Counted from the stretch's first letter, positions 9,663 to 18,677 are shown. The stretch is 31,240 nt of DNA from Desulfotomaculum sp. (GCA_021129815.1 JAJOKN010000115.1:1-31240), one strand, 5' to 3'. Program-made: numbers and translations. Notes: generated from the sequence alone by a model not told the origin.

Positions 9663-10504
9663 GCAAGGACAGCGGCACCTTGTATATTTGTCCAACGCCT
9701 ATAGGAAATTTGGAGGACATAACGCTTAGAGCATTGAAAACGCTTAAAGAGTGCGATTTGATTGCTGCGGAGGATACACGGCATACTAAAAAGCTCATGA
9801 ATTATTATGACATTCATACGCCTATTACCAGTTATTATGCACATAATGAGCAAAAAAAAGGCATTAAATTGATTGAAAAATTAAAGCAAGGCATAAACAT
9901 AGCGCTTGTATCTGACGCGGGAATGCCGGGCATAAGCGATCCAGGTTCAGATCTCATTAAATTAGCAATAGAACATGATATCAACATCGTTGTATTGCCA
10001 GGTGCTAGCGCAGTTATAGCTGCTTTGATAGCTTCAGGTATGCCTACAGATAAATTTGTATTTGAAGGTTTTTTGCCATCTGGCAAAACAAAGCGAAGGA
10101 AGAGATTAAAGGAACTCACTTGCGAAGAACGGACGATGGTGTTTTATGAATCGCCGCATAGGTTGATTGAAATGTTAAAAGATATACATGATATATTGGG
10201 CAATCGCAGAGCAGCGGTTATAAGGGAACTTACTAAATTGCATGAAGAAATAAAGAGAGGGGCGCTGTTAGAAATCATAAAATACTTTGAACAACAAAAA
10301 CCAAGGGGCGAATTTACCATAGTGCTTTCTGGAGCACAAAGGGAAAAGCTCAACGTGCCGATAAGCAGTGAAGAAGTTATAACAAAAGTGAAGGAATTTA
10401 CAGATAAAGGAATGAGCACGAAAGATGCTGTTAGAAAAACAGCCGAACTATTTAAAATACCCAAGCGAGAGGTTTATGATATTGTGAATAAGGCTTTTAA
10501 TTGA
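9659..10504 (+). CDS. rsmI: 16S rRNA C1402 2'-O-methyltransferase
   Basis: [44 protein letters not shown]. Confidence 0.96.
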   Translation: MSKDSGTLYICPTPIGNLEDITLRALKTLKECDLIAAEDTRHTKKLMNYYDIHTPITSYYAHNEQKKGIKLIEKLKQGINIALVSDAGMPGISDPGSDLIKLAIEHDINIVVLPGASAVIAALIASGMPTDKFVFEGFLPSGKTKRRKRLKELTCEERTMVFYESPHRLIEMLKDIHDILGNRRAAVIRELTKLHEEIKRGALLEIIKYFEQQKPRGEFTIVLSGAQREKLNVPISSEEVITKVKEFTDKGMSTKDAVRKTAELFKIPKREVYDIVNKAFN

Positions 10505-10505
10505 T

Positions 10506-10534
10506 TTGAATTTTTTCATAAACTGTGCTACAAT
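10506..10534 (+). promoter_or_regulatory. SigA-type promoter of rnpB
   Basis: TTGAAT, 17-nt spacer, TACAAT with extended TGn; ends just upstream of P1. Confidence 0.7.
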
Positions 10535-10541
10535 TAACTTC

Positions 10542-10916
10542 CCCAAGAGTACAGCGGGCAGTCGCTGCCTTTGCTGTTGGAGGCAAAGGTAGAGGAAAGT
10601 CGAGACGCACACAATTCCTTTTTAAGGAGTTGTAGTATGGAGCCCAGTGCAAGCTGGGGCAGGGCGACCTGACGACGGCGAAAAAAACTCCTAAAGACGG
10701 AGTTTTGAGTAGCCATAAAGTGCCACAGAAACCAGGTCATCGGGCGACCGATGAGTGCAAGGGTAAACTCCTCCAGTGCGCAACCCAAATAGGCGAAAGG
10801 CTTTTTAGCCGATCGCGGGTAGGGGCGCCCCTTAAAAAGGGGAAGGGAATTATGTTTGGTTCTCTTAGATAGATGACTGCCCTCGACAGAATCTCGCTTA
10901 CAGCTGTGCTCTTGGG
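10542..10916 (+). ncRNA. rnpB: RNase P RNA with B-type-like S-domain and extra A-like P16/P17 elements
   Basis: P1 CCCAAGAGTACAGC/GCTGTGCTCTTGGG; P2 GGGCAGTC/GACTGCCC; GAGGAAAGTC...ACAGAA...GCTTA P4 flanks; AGTGCCACAG, GGTAAAC, CAACCCAAAT and AGATAGATGACTG conserved blocks. Confidence 0.92.
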
Positions 10917-10981
10917 TGTTTATTGTAGTCGATATTTTCAGAAATCTTTAAATATTTTTATTTGTGGTGGGGTTTTTTTAG

Positions 10982-12223
10982 ATGAAAGCAGAGTTGATTT
11001 TTACGGGTACAGAGCTTTTAACAGGACAGATATTAAATACTCATGGTAAATATTTAGGGCAAAAATTATCAGCTCTTGGCATAGAAGTAATTTTAAACAC
11101 AACAGTAGGTGATGATTGGGAAAGGCTTACGGCAGTTTTTAAACAAGCATTAGAACGATCGGATATAGTAATTACAACAGGAGGACTGGGGCCTACTTCT
11201 GATGATTTGACGAAAGAAATAATCTGTGAGGTTTTAAAACTGCCTATGGTATTACATGAGGAGTCGCTTGATTCCATAAGGCAGTTTTTTATTACTCATA
11301 ATGATGAAATGCCTGAAAGCTACATGAAGTTAGCATACTTTCCTAAAGGGGCTGAAGTTATACCTAACCCTTGTGGCACAGCTCCTGGGGCTATTTTGAA
11401 AACAGATAATGGCAAAATAATAATAATACTGCCAGGTCCTCCCTGGGAGTTAAAGGCAATGTATGAGAGTACTGTGGAAGGATATCTGTCGTCGCTTCCT
11501 ATTGGTGGCGAGGTTATGCATTTTACTACGTTGAAAGTGACTGGAATAGGTGAAGATAAAGTTCAAGATTTTTTGAAGGATCTTGATGGAGTTGACAATC
11601 CTCAAATTTCTTACATTGCACAGCCAGGCGAAGTTCATGTGCACATAACTGCTCACGCAAAGACAATTGCTGATGCAAAAAATTTAATACAACCTCTTTT
11701 GAATGCAGCAAAAGAAAGGCTGGCATCATATATTTTTGCAGCAGATGACGAAGAAATAGAAGTAGTTGTAGCAAATCTTTTAAAAGAAAATGGAATGAAC
11801 ATTGCAGTGGCAGAATCATGCACAGCAGGTTTGATACAAGCGCGTTTGTGTGATATAGTAGGGTGTTCTCAGTATTTGCTAGGAGGAATTGTGTGTTACA
11901 ATAAAAGAATAAAGGAAGAAATAATAGGAATTGATCGCAAAGGCCTTGATGTACATGGTACAGTAAGCGAATGGACAGCAAGAGAAATGGCGCAGAACAT
12001 ACGCAAAATTTTTAAGTCAGATCTAGGGTTAGCAGTTACTGGAATAGCAGGGCCTGATACCATTGAAAGTAAATTTATAGGGCTGGTATATGTAGCGCTT
12101 GCAACTCCTGATGGTGTGAATTGTAGAGAGTACCACATGCCTGGAAGGAGGATGGCAATTCGCCAAGGAAGTGTCAACGCTGCGCTTAAGATGGTTCGAA
12201 ATTATTTGGAAAGAAATTGTTGA
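10982..12223 (+). CDS. cinA: Competence/damage-inducible protein CinA (MocF-like plus PncC domains)
   Basis: [45 protein letters not shown]; precedes recA. Confidence 0.92.
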   Translation: MKAELIFTGTELLTGQILNTHGKYLGQKLSALGIEVILNTTVGDDWERLTAVFKQALERSDIVITTGGLGPTSDDLTKEIICEVLKLPMVLHEESLDSIRQFFITHNDEMPESYMKLAYFPKGAEVIPNPCGTAPGAILKTDNGKIIIILPGPPWELKAMYESTVEGYLSSLPIGGEVMHFTTLKVTGIGEDKVQDFLKDLDGVDNPQISYIAQPGEVHVHITAHAKTIADAKNLIQPLLNAAKERLASYIFAADDEEIEVVVANLLKENGMNIAVAESCTAGLIQARLCDIVGCSQYLLGGIVCYNKRIKEEIIGIDRKGLDVHGTVSEWTAREMAQNIRKIFKSDLGLAVTGIAGPDTIESKFIGLVYVALATPDGVNCREYHMPGRRMAIRQGSVNAALKMVRNYLERNC

Positions 12224-12249
12224 AAGACGTTTGTGGGGGAGGGGTTTGT

Positions 12250-13281
12250 GTGTCGGATAAGCAAAAGATGTTAGAAACGGTCTTAGAGAAAATAGAGCGT
12301 GATTTTGGCAAAGGCTCTGTTATGAAATTGGGCGAGGCAAATTCTAAACTAAAAGTAGAGGTTATTCCTACAGGGTGTTTGTCTTTGGATTTAGCGCTTG
12401 GCATTGGGGGAGTGCCGCGCGGAAGGATTGTGGAAATATTTGGTGCAGAATCTTCTGGGAAAACTACTATTGCTCTTCATGTTATAGCACAGGCTCAGCA
12501 ACATGGTGGAATAGCAGCTGTAATAGATGCAGAGCATGCGTTAGATCCTACTTATGCTAAAGTGCTTGGGGTTAACATAGACGATTTGTTGATTTCACAG
12601 CCTGATACTGGTGAACAAGCGTTAGAAATTTGTGAAGCATTGGTGAGGAGCGGTGCTTTAGATGTAGTAGTGATAGATTCGGTAGCGGCACTGGTACCCA
12701 AAGCTGAAATAGAGGGTGAAATGGGGGATTTGCACGTAGGGCTACAAGCACGGCTTATGTCGCAAGCTTTAAGGAAGTTAACTAGTGTAGTTAGCAAGTC
12801 TAGAACGACGGCTATTTTTATAAATCAGCTTAGAGAAAAAATCGGTGTTATGTTTGGAAATCCAGAGACTACGCCGGGCGGAAGAGCGCTGAAATTCTAC
12901 GCTTCGGTGCGCATTGAAGTTAAAAAATCTGAACAGATAAAGCAGGGTTCAGAAGCAGTAGGGAATCGCATTAAAGCTAAAGTGGTTAAAAATAAAGTTG
13001 CTCCTCCTTTTAAACAAGCAGAGTTTGATATAATGTATGGAACTGGAATTTCACGAGAAGGCAGTGTGCTGGATACAGCTGTAGAATTCAAAATAGTTCA
13101 AAAAAGTGGGGCATGGTATGCATATCAGGGAGAACGGCTAGGACAGGGCCGTGAAAATGCTAAAGAATTTTTAAAGCAGCATCCTGAGTTGATGCAAGAA
13201 ATTGAAAGGAAAGTTTACGAAAAAGCAAACTTAAACATGCCAAGCGATGAAGAGAACAACAAACAAGCTTCTGAGAGTTGA
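12250..13281 (+). CDS. recA: Recombinase RecA
   Basis: [45 protein letters not shown]; GTG 12250 lies 7 nt after GGAGG; no intein-sized insertion. Confidence 0.98.
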   Translation: MSDKQKMLETVLEKIERDFGKGSVMKLGEANSKLKVEVIPTGCLSLDLALGIGGVPRGRIVEIFGAESSGKTTIALHVIAQAQQHGGIAAVIDAEHALDPTYAKVLGVNIDDLLISQPDTGEQALEICEALVRSGALDVVVIDSVAALVPKAEIEGEMGDLHVGLQARLMSQALRKLTSVVSKSRTTAIFINQLREKIGVMFGNPETTPGGRALKFYASVRIEVKKSEQIKQGSEAVGNRIKAKVVKNKVAPPFKQAEFDIMYGTGISREGSVLDTAVEFKIVQKSGAWYAYQGERLGQGRENAKEFLKQHPELMQEIERKVYEKANLNMPSDEENNKQASES

Positions 13282-13291
13282 AAAAATTAGC

Positions 13292-13320
13292 TTGACAATG
13301 CAATTACCATATATTAAAAT
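13292..13320 (+). promoter_or_regulatory. SigA-type promoter of rplM-rpsI
   Basis: TTGACA, 17-nt spacer, TAAAAT. Confidence 0.8.
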
Positions 13321-13342
13321 TCATTCGTGTGGCTTTAAGCAA

Positions 13343-13400
13343 AAGTGACTTTATTGCAAATGGCCCCGTTTTTGCAAGTTTAAGTCACTTGTTTTTATTT
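13343..13400 (+). promoter_or_regulatory. Structured rplM (L13) leader hairpin, possible autoregulatory or attenuator element
   Basis: AAGTGACTT/AAGTCACTT outer stem, TTGCAAA/TTTGCAA inner stem, GGCCCCG loop, then a T-rich tract before the SD. Confidence 0.55.
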
Positions 13401-13421
13401 AAGGGAGGGAAGGAGAAAGAG

Positions 13422-13850
13422 ATGAAAACGTTTATGGCTAAACCTCAAGAGGTGGAGCGCAAATGGTATGTGATAAATGCTGAAGGCAAAACTTTAGGAA
13501 GGTTAGCTGCTAAAGTAGCCCATATTTTAAGGGGTAAGCATAAGCCGGTATATACTCCTCATGTAGATACTGGAGATCATGTTATTGTTATTAATGCTGA
13601 AAAAGTGGTGCTGACAGGAAAAAAATTAAAGGACAAAATTTATTATCGCCATACAGGATATCCGGGCGGTTTAAAAGCTATAAGGTGTGAAGAGTTTTTA
13701 GCTAAACAGCCAGAAAAATTGGTGGAAAGAGCTATAGTGGGAATGCTTCCGCACAATCGGCTAGGAGCTAAAATGGCAAAGAAATTGAAAGTTTATCGAG
13801 GAGAAAAACACCCTCATCAAGCTCAAAAGCCTGAAACATTGGAGATATAA
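13422..13850 (+). CDS. rplM: 50S ribosomal protein L13
   Basis: MKTFMAKP...[15 protein letters not shown]...[10 protein letters not shown]; ATG 13422 after AAGGAG. Confidence 0.98.
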   Translation: MKTFMAKPQEVERKWYVINAEGKTLGRLAAKVAHILRGKHKPVYTPHVDTGDHVIVINAEKVVLTGKKLKDKIYYRHTGYPGGLKAIRCEEFLAKQPEKLVERAIVGMLPHNRLGAKMAKKLKVYRGEKHPHQAQKPETLEI

Positions 13851-13903
13851 GTGGGTGCAGCATCTAACTATTTTATATTTTAAGCAAGGAGGTTGTAAGT
13901 TTA

Positions 13904-14299
13904 GTGGCTCAAGTAAAGTTCTACGGAACTGGTCGTAGAAAAAATGCTATAGCTAGGGTGTACTTGGTACCTGGTGAAGGCAAAATAATCGTGAATAATA
14001 GAAGTTTAGAAGACTACTTTTATGGACGGAAATTGTTAGAGACCACTGTTTGCCAGCCTTTAGAAATCACAGGAACTGCAGGCCGCTTTGATGTTATATG
14101 CAAAGTGCACGGTGGTGGGGTGAGTGGCCAGGCTGGTGCAGTTAGACTGGGAATTGCTAGAGCGCTCCTGCAGGCAGATCCGAATTTGAGGTCGGTGCTT
14201 AGAAAAGCAGGGTTGTTGACTCGTGATCCAAGAATGAAAGAACGTCGCAAGTACGGATTAAAGAAAGCAAGACGTGCACCTCAGTTTTCAAAGCGTTAA
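13904..14299 (+). CDS. rpsI: 30S ribosomal protein S9
   Basis: [23 protein letters not shown]-terminal [12 protein letters not shown]. Confidence 0.98.
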   Translation: MAQVKFYGTGRRKNAIARVYLVPGEGKIIVNNRSLEDYFYGRKLLETTVCQPLEITGTAGRFDVICKVHGGGVSGQAGAVRLGIARALLQADPNLRSVLRKAGLLTRDPRMKERRKYGLKKARRAPQFSKR

Positions 14300-14329
14300 G
14301 TATATTCTTATTAGTATTTATGTTGTATT

Positions 14330-14365
14330 CCTTGTCATACATAAAATGTATGACAAGGTTTTTTT
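14330..14365 (+). terminator. Rho-independent terminator after rpsI
   Basis: 13-bp stem CCTTGTCATACAT/ATGTATGACAAGG plus T7. Confidence 0.88.
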
Positions 14366-14466
14366 ATTTATGTGCATAATTTTAAAATTAATTTAAAAGT
14401 TATTTTTATTTTTTTTGAGTAATATTATTTTATACGGCATGTAATTTTGTTGAAGAGGTATTGAAT

Positions 14467-14810
14467 ATGTTTATATGTCTTAACTTGGTTGGCTTTAAAA
14501 AATACTGTTTATTGTTGGCTATAATATTTATTTTAATATTGTTGAAGTTTATATGGATAATGAATAAAGCAGAAATAGAAATTGATAATTCTGATTGGTA
14601 AATACCAATCGTTTGGCAAAAGCGGCAGATTATTATATAACGCGAAATGCGAGAACTACAGCAGTGATAATAATAGAAGTTAGTTTTTTAAGCAATCCAA
14701 AAGAGGAAAAATTATTGAAGGATTCTGATTACAGAACTAAATTAGCTTTTAGTATTTATAAAGGGATAGTTAAATATTACAACAATTTATCAAAAGGAAC
14801 AAGCGCTTAG
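14467..14810 (+). pseudogene. cwlD: Internally deleted N-acetylmuramoyl-L-alanine amidase (CwlD-like)
   Basis: 44-codon N-terminal membrane anchor (14467-14601, ends SDW-stop) abuts, in another frame, an Amidase_3 C-terminus (14595-14810, AVIIIEVSFLSNPKEEKLL...IYKGI); the DPGHGG catalytic segment is absent; cwlD commonly follows rpsI. Confidence 0.75.
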
Positions 14811-15062
14811 GTTATGATTATGTGTATTTGGCAACTTATTTTTGCGTTTCAAAGATATAACATTGATTTTTATAAAAAAGGGTAATACAATTAAATGTTA
14901 TAACTAGCATTGCATTGCAAATAGACTAAGTTTGAAACTTTTAGAATATTTAAAATTAAATCTTGTTATAGGTATAGAAATGTGCTAGCATATTTAATAA
15001 CAATAATGTATAATATAAAAATTAAATGTATATTGTACAAGCGATACAAAGGGGTTGAAAAA

Positions 15063-15266
15063 ATGTACCTTGTTGCAGCGGTAGATGATACTAAATGCAT
15101 GGGCTGTATTGGCTGTAAAATATGTATAAAAACCTGTCCAGAAGCAAATGCAACTAAGTTTATGACACCTAAAAAAAAGGTGGCTATTAATCCTATGCGT
15201 TGTAAGGGATGTGGCTTGTGCGTGGATGTATGTCCTATGAAGTGTATTACTCTAAACAGCATTTAG
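15063..15266 (+). CDS. 2x[4Fe-4S] ferredoxin (67 aa)
   Basis: CIGCKICIKTCP and CKGCGLCVDVCP motifs; ATG 15063 after AGGGG. Confidence 0.9.
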   Translation: MYLVAAVDDTKCMGCIGCKICIKTCPEANATKFMTPKKKVAINPMRCKGCGLCVDVCPMKCITLNSI

Positions 15267-15324
15267 ATGCATTTTGTTACTTAATGTTGAATTAAATAAA
15301 TATACTTGGAAGGAGCGAGCAGCT

Positions 15325-16698
15325 TTGCTTAAAATAACTGACGATGAATTTATCGAAGTGATAGGAACGCGTGCTGAGCGTGCTAAAGCATTAAAGCCCT
15401 GTCCAATAGGCAGTGAAGGAGCGTGCTGTCGTACCTGTTATGTTGGGCCGTGTCGCTTTGTAGGCAAAAATGCTGAAGAGGAAGTACGGGGTGTATGTGC
15501 ATCTACTTTGGGAGTAGTAGCATCGCGTCAATTCTTAACTATGTGTGCCAGTGGCTCTGCTATTCATGCTGCTAGAGCTCGCGAGTCAATTGACAAGCTT
15601 TTAGAAGCAGCTGAAAATGAGCGGAGAATATATGATAAAGCAAAACTAAATGCTGTTGCAGATTTGATCGGAGTTGGTAGTGCCAAAAAAACAAAGACAA
15701 AACTTGCAAAGCAAATTGCAGATGAGTATTTAAGCTGGTTTTACAAATATCCTTCCACAGTTTTAAATCAGCTCCCTTCAAAACGTTTAAATATCTGGAA
15801 AGAATGTGATCTGTTGCCTAGAGGAATCGATAGAGAGATTGCGGAATCTACATACAATGCTAGTGTTGGCGTTAATTACGATGTTGAAGATATCATGATG
15901 CAGGCTGCAAGGGTTTCAATAGCTAATGGCTGGTTTTCAAGCGCTATTGTAGCAGATATAGAAGATATTACGGAAAACTCAACAACTCTATATGATTCAA
16001 AACTTTCGGGAATAGCTGAAAATTATTGGAACAAGATGGTAGGGGGCTATGGAAAAGCTCCATCTTTAAATATATTGGGTGAACTCATTTTTTCTGGGGA
16101 CATCAGAGGAATTGCATGTTTGATAGACTGTGATCATCCGAGATATGAGGAATCGAGCAGTCAGAGATTTATATCATTAGAACTCATAAAGAATGATATA
16201 CTGGTTGTAACTGGAGGCTGTAATAACACTCTGGAAAATGCAGGATTATTATCTCCGGATACTGTAATGCAGGTAGCGGGAAGAAAACTTAAGAAAGTTT
16301 ATGAAAACACTGGAATTCCTCCTGTAATTTCATTAGGTGGCTGTATAAGCCATTCACGTATCCTGAATGTATTATCCGCACTGGTTAAAGAAAATGCAAT
16401 AGATAATGTAGACGACATAAATGGTTTGCCGTGTGTTATTTTGGCACCTCATTGGTTTAGCGGAACAGCTATTTCTATTGGCTGTTTTTATGCTGTTTCT
16501 GGAGTGGAAACGATATTTGGAGGCAAGTCTCTTACGCATGCGAGCAAGGAAGTTACACAAATACTAGAAAGCACATGGAAACAGAAATTTGGGGCGAGTT
16601 TTAGGTTTGTGGATAATGCTATCGATATGGTAGAAGCAGTTTTAGATCATATGGATGCTGTAAGGAAAAATTCTGGACTTGTATCGTATTATCCTTAA
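15325..16698 (+). CDS. CooS (Ni-CODH)-like protein, shortened (about 457 aa), predicted not to oxidise CO
   Basis: PCPIGSEGACCRTCYVGPCR...GVC D/B-cluster motif; GDIRGIACLIDC, ELIKNDILVVTGGC, PPVISLGGC...SRIL C-terminal blocks; TTG 15325 lies 9 nt after AAGGAG (track start 15274). Confidence 0.85.
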   Translation: MLKITDDEFIEVIGTRAERAKALKPCPIGSEGACCRTCYVGPCRFVGKNAEEEVRGVCASTLGVVASRQFLTMCASGSAIHAARARESIDKLLEAAENERRIYDKAKLNAVADLIGVGSAKKTKTKLAKQIADEYLSWFYKYPSTVLNQLPSKRLNIWKECDLLPRGIDREIAESTYNASVGVNYDVEDIMMQAARVSIANGWFSSAIVADIEDITENSTTLYDSKLSGIAENYWNKMVGGYGKAPSLNILGELIFSGDIRGIACLIDCDHPRYEESSSQRFISLELIKNDILVVTGGCNNTLENAGLLSPDTVMQVAGRKLKKVYENTGIPPVISLGGCISHSRILNVLSALVKENAIDNVDDINGLPCVILAPHWFSGTAISIGCFYAVSGVETIFGGKSLTHASKEVTQILESTWKQKFGASFRFVDNAIDMVEAVLDHMDAVRKNSGLVSYYP

Positions 16699-16727
16699 AA
16701 GAGTAATAGAAAGATGAGGGATGCATT

Positions 16728-18677
16728 GTGACGAGGTTAACCAGTGTCAACGACTTGATAGAATTGAAAAAATCTTTAGTTGGTGAGCGAGTGGATCCAG
16801 ATGGTACAAAGAGACAGTCTTTGTGGGTTTGCTGTGGTACTGCTTGTCGTGCAGGCGGTTCAGTTGAACTAGCTGACAAACTTCAGGAAGAGGCAAAAAA
16901 TAATAACATTCCAGTAGATGTCATTAAAACTGGCTGTTTAGGGATGTGTCAAAAAGGTCCTCTTATTAAGACAATGCCTGATGGTTACTTGTATCAAAAA
17001 GTGAAAACCAAGCACACCGCAAAGATAATAGATTATACAGCTAAGTCGGGTTTTGCTGTTCGCGAGTTGTTTTATCGCATAGATGATCTGGATTATTACT
17101 ATAAAAGGGACATATTCAGCGGACCAAAGGAAAAAATAGAAGACCTGCCTTTTTATCAAAAACAGCTTCGTTTAATCCTTGAAGGAAATGAAAGAGTAGC
17201 ACCGGAAAATATACATTATTACATAGCACAGGGCGGATATGAAGCATTAGCAAAGATTTTATCTGAAAAATGGGAACCTGAAAAAGTGATAGACGAAATA
17301 ACGAAATCTGGCCTTAGAGGACGTGGTGGAGCAGGATTTCCCACAGGGATTAAATGGAAAGCCACCAGGCAGGCGAAAGGAGAAGTAAAGGTAATAGTAG
17401 CAAACGGGGATGAAGGCGACCCGGGAGCGTTCATGGACAGATCCATAATGGAGGGGAATCCTCACTGTTTGTTAGAGGGCATGCTCATTGCGGGGTATGC
17501 AGTAGGAGCAAATTATGGTTTTATATATGTAAGGCATGAGTATCCTTTAGCGCTTAAAAACATAAGTATAGCTATTCAGCAGGTAAAAGAGCTTGGGCTG
17601 ATAGGCAAGAATATTTTGGGTTCGGGTTTTGATTTTGATATTTCTATACGTGAAGGCGCAGGCGCGTTTGTGTGTGGAGAGGAAACTGCGCTTTTGGTTT
17701 CTATTGAAGGGAAAAGAGGATTTCCAAGTCCTAAGCCTCCGTTTCCGGCAGAAAGCGGTGTATGGGCATTTCCAACATGTATCAACAACATAGAAACGCT
17801 CGCTAACGTGCCTTATATAGTAAAGCACGGTGCTGAAAAATTTAGTTCTATTGGAACGGAAAATAGCAAAGGCACCAAGGTTTTTGCATTGGCAGGAAAG
17901 ATCAAGAATACCGGGCTTATAGAAGTGCCTATGGGCATAACGCTTAGAGAGATAATATATGACATTGGCGGAGGAATAAAAGATGGAAAACGCTTAAAAG
18001 CTGTACAGGTAGGCGGTCCATCTGGCGGCTGCATACCTGCAGATTTAATAGACGTAGAGGTGGACTTTGATTCTTTGTCTTCAGTAGGTGCGATAATGGG
18101 ATCAGGCGGCATAATCGTGCTCGATGAGGACGACTGTATGGTGAGCATAGCAAAGTACTTTTTGGAATTTATCAAGGAAGAATCCTGCGGCAAGTGTCCG
18201 CCTTGTAGGATAGGCAGCTATCAAATGCTTGAAATACTCACACGCATAACTGAAGGGAAAGGTGAAATGGAAGATATAGATAGGCTGGAAAACTTAGCTA
18301 AGAGCATGCAGGTGAGCGCTCTATGTGGATTGGGGAAAACTGCTCCAAATCCAGTATTATCCACTATGAGATACTTTAGAGATGAATATGAAGAACACAT
18401 TAAACACAAATACTGCAGGGCTAAGAGCTGTCGCATTAACACTTATAAAATTGATAACGATGAGTGCTTTTTGTGTGGTTTGTGTAAGAAAGTTTGTCCT
18501 GCAGATGCTGTTATAGATGCTGGGGACCAATACATTATAGATCAGGAAAAATGCATAAAGTGCAAAGCTTGTTATGATGCATGTCCGATAGATGTAATTA
18601 AATCTCTAGGCAGCGGTGAAGAGACTATAGATAAAAGTACAATAAATTTAAAAGGGGAACTGCGCGATGGAGCATAA
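16728..18677 (+). CDS. HydB/NuoF (BfuB)-like NADH/FMN-binding Fe-S subunit
   Basis: N-terminal thioredoxin-like [2Fe-2S] (CCGTAC...GCLGMC), RGRGGAGFPTG, NGDEGDPGAFMDR, GGPSGGC, ESCGKCPPCR...LCGLG, C-terminal 2x[4Fe-4S]. Confidence 0.92.
   Translation: MTRLTSVNDLIELKKSLVGERVDPDGTKRQSLWVCCGTACRAGGSVELADKLQEEAKNNNIPVDVIKTGCLGMCQKGPLIKTMPDGYLYQKVKTKHTAKIIDYTAKSGFAVRELFYRIDDLDYYYKRDIFSGPKEKIEDLPFYQKQLRLILEGNERVAPENIHYYIAQGGYEALAKILSEKWEPEKVIDEITKSGLRGRGGAGFPTGIKWKATRQAKGEVKVIVANGDEGDPGAFMDRSIMEGNPHCLLEGMLIAGYAVGANYGFIYVRHEYPLALKNISIAIQQVKELGLIGKNILGSGFDFDISIREGAGAFVCGEETALLVSIEGKRGFPSPKPPFPAESGVWAFPTCINNIETLANVPYIVKHGAEKFSSIGTENSKGTKVFALAGKIKNTGLIEVPMGITLREIIYDIGGGIKDGKRLKAVQVGGPSGGCIPADLIDVEVDFDSLSSVGAIMGSGGIIVLDEDDCMVSIAKYFLEFIKEESCGKCPPCRIGSYQMLEILTRITEGKGEMEDIDRLENLAKSMQVSALCGLGKTAPNPVLSTMRYFRDEYEEHIKHKYCRAKSCRINTYKIDNDECFLCGLCKKVCPADAVIDAGDQYIIDQEKCIKCKACYDACPIDVIKSLGSGEETIDKSTINLKGELRDGA

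Noticed and set aside
10920-12250. LexA (GAAC-N4-GTTC) box upstream of cinA or recA
   Set aside because: No convincing match found by eye in either upstream region.
14814-14885. 23-codon ORF MIMCIWQLIFAFQRYNIDFYKKG after the cwlD remnant
   Set aside because: No SD or recognisable similarity; too short to support.
14910-14920. Palindrome TTGCA-T-TGCAA upstream of the redox cassette
   Set aside because: Only 5-bp arms in very AT-rich DNA; does not match Rex or CooA/FNR consensus; likely chance.
15325-16698. Calling the CooS-like gene a hybrid cluster protein (Hcp)
   Set aside because: The N-terminus carries the CooS D/B-cluster pattern Cx7CCx2Cx4C and the C-terminal blocks follow CooS motifs; Hcp's CxQC-type N-terminus is not seen.
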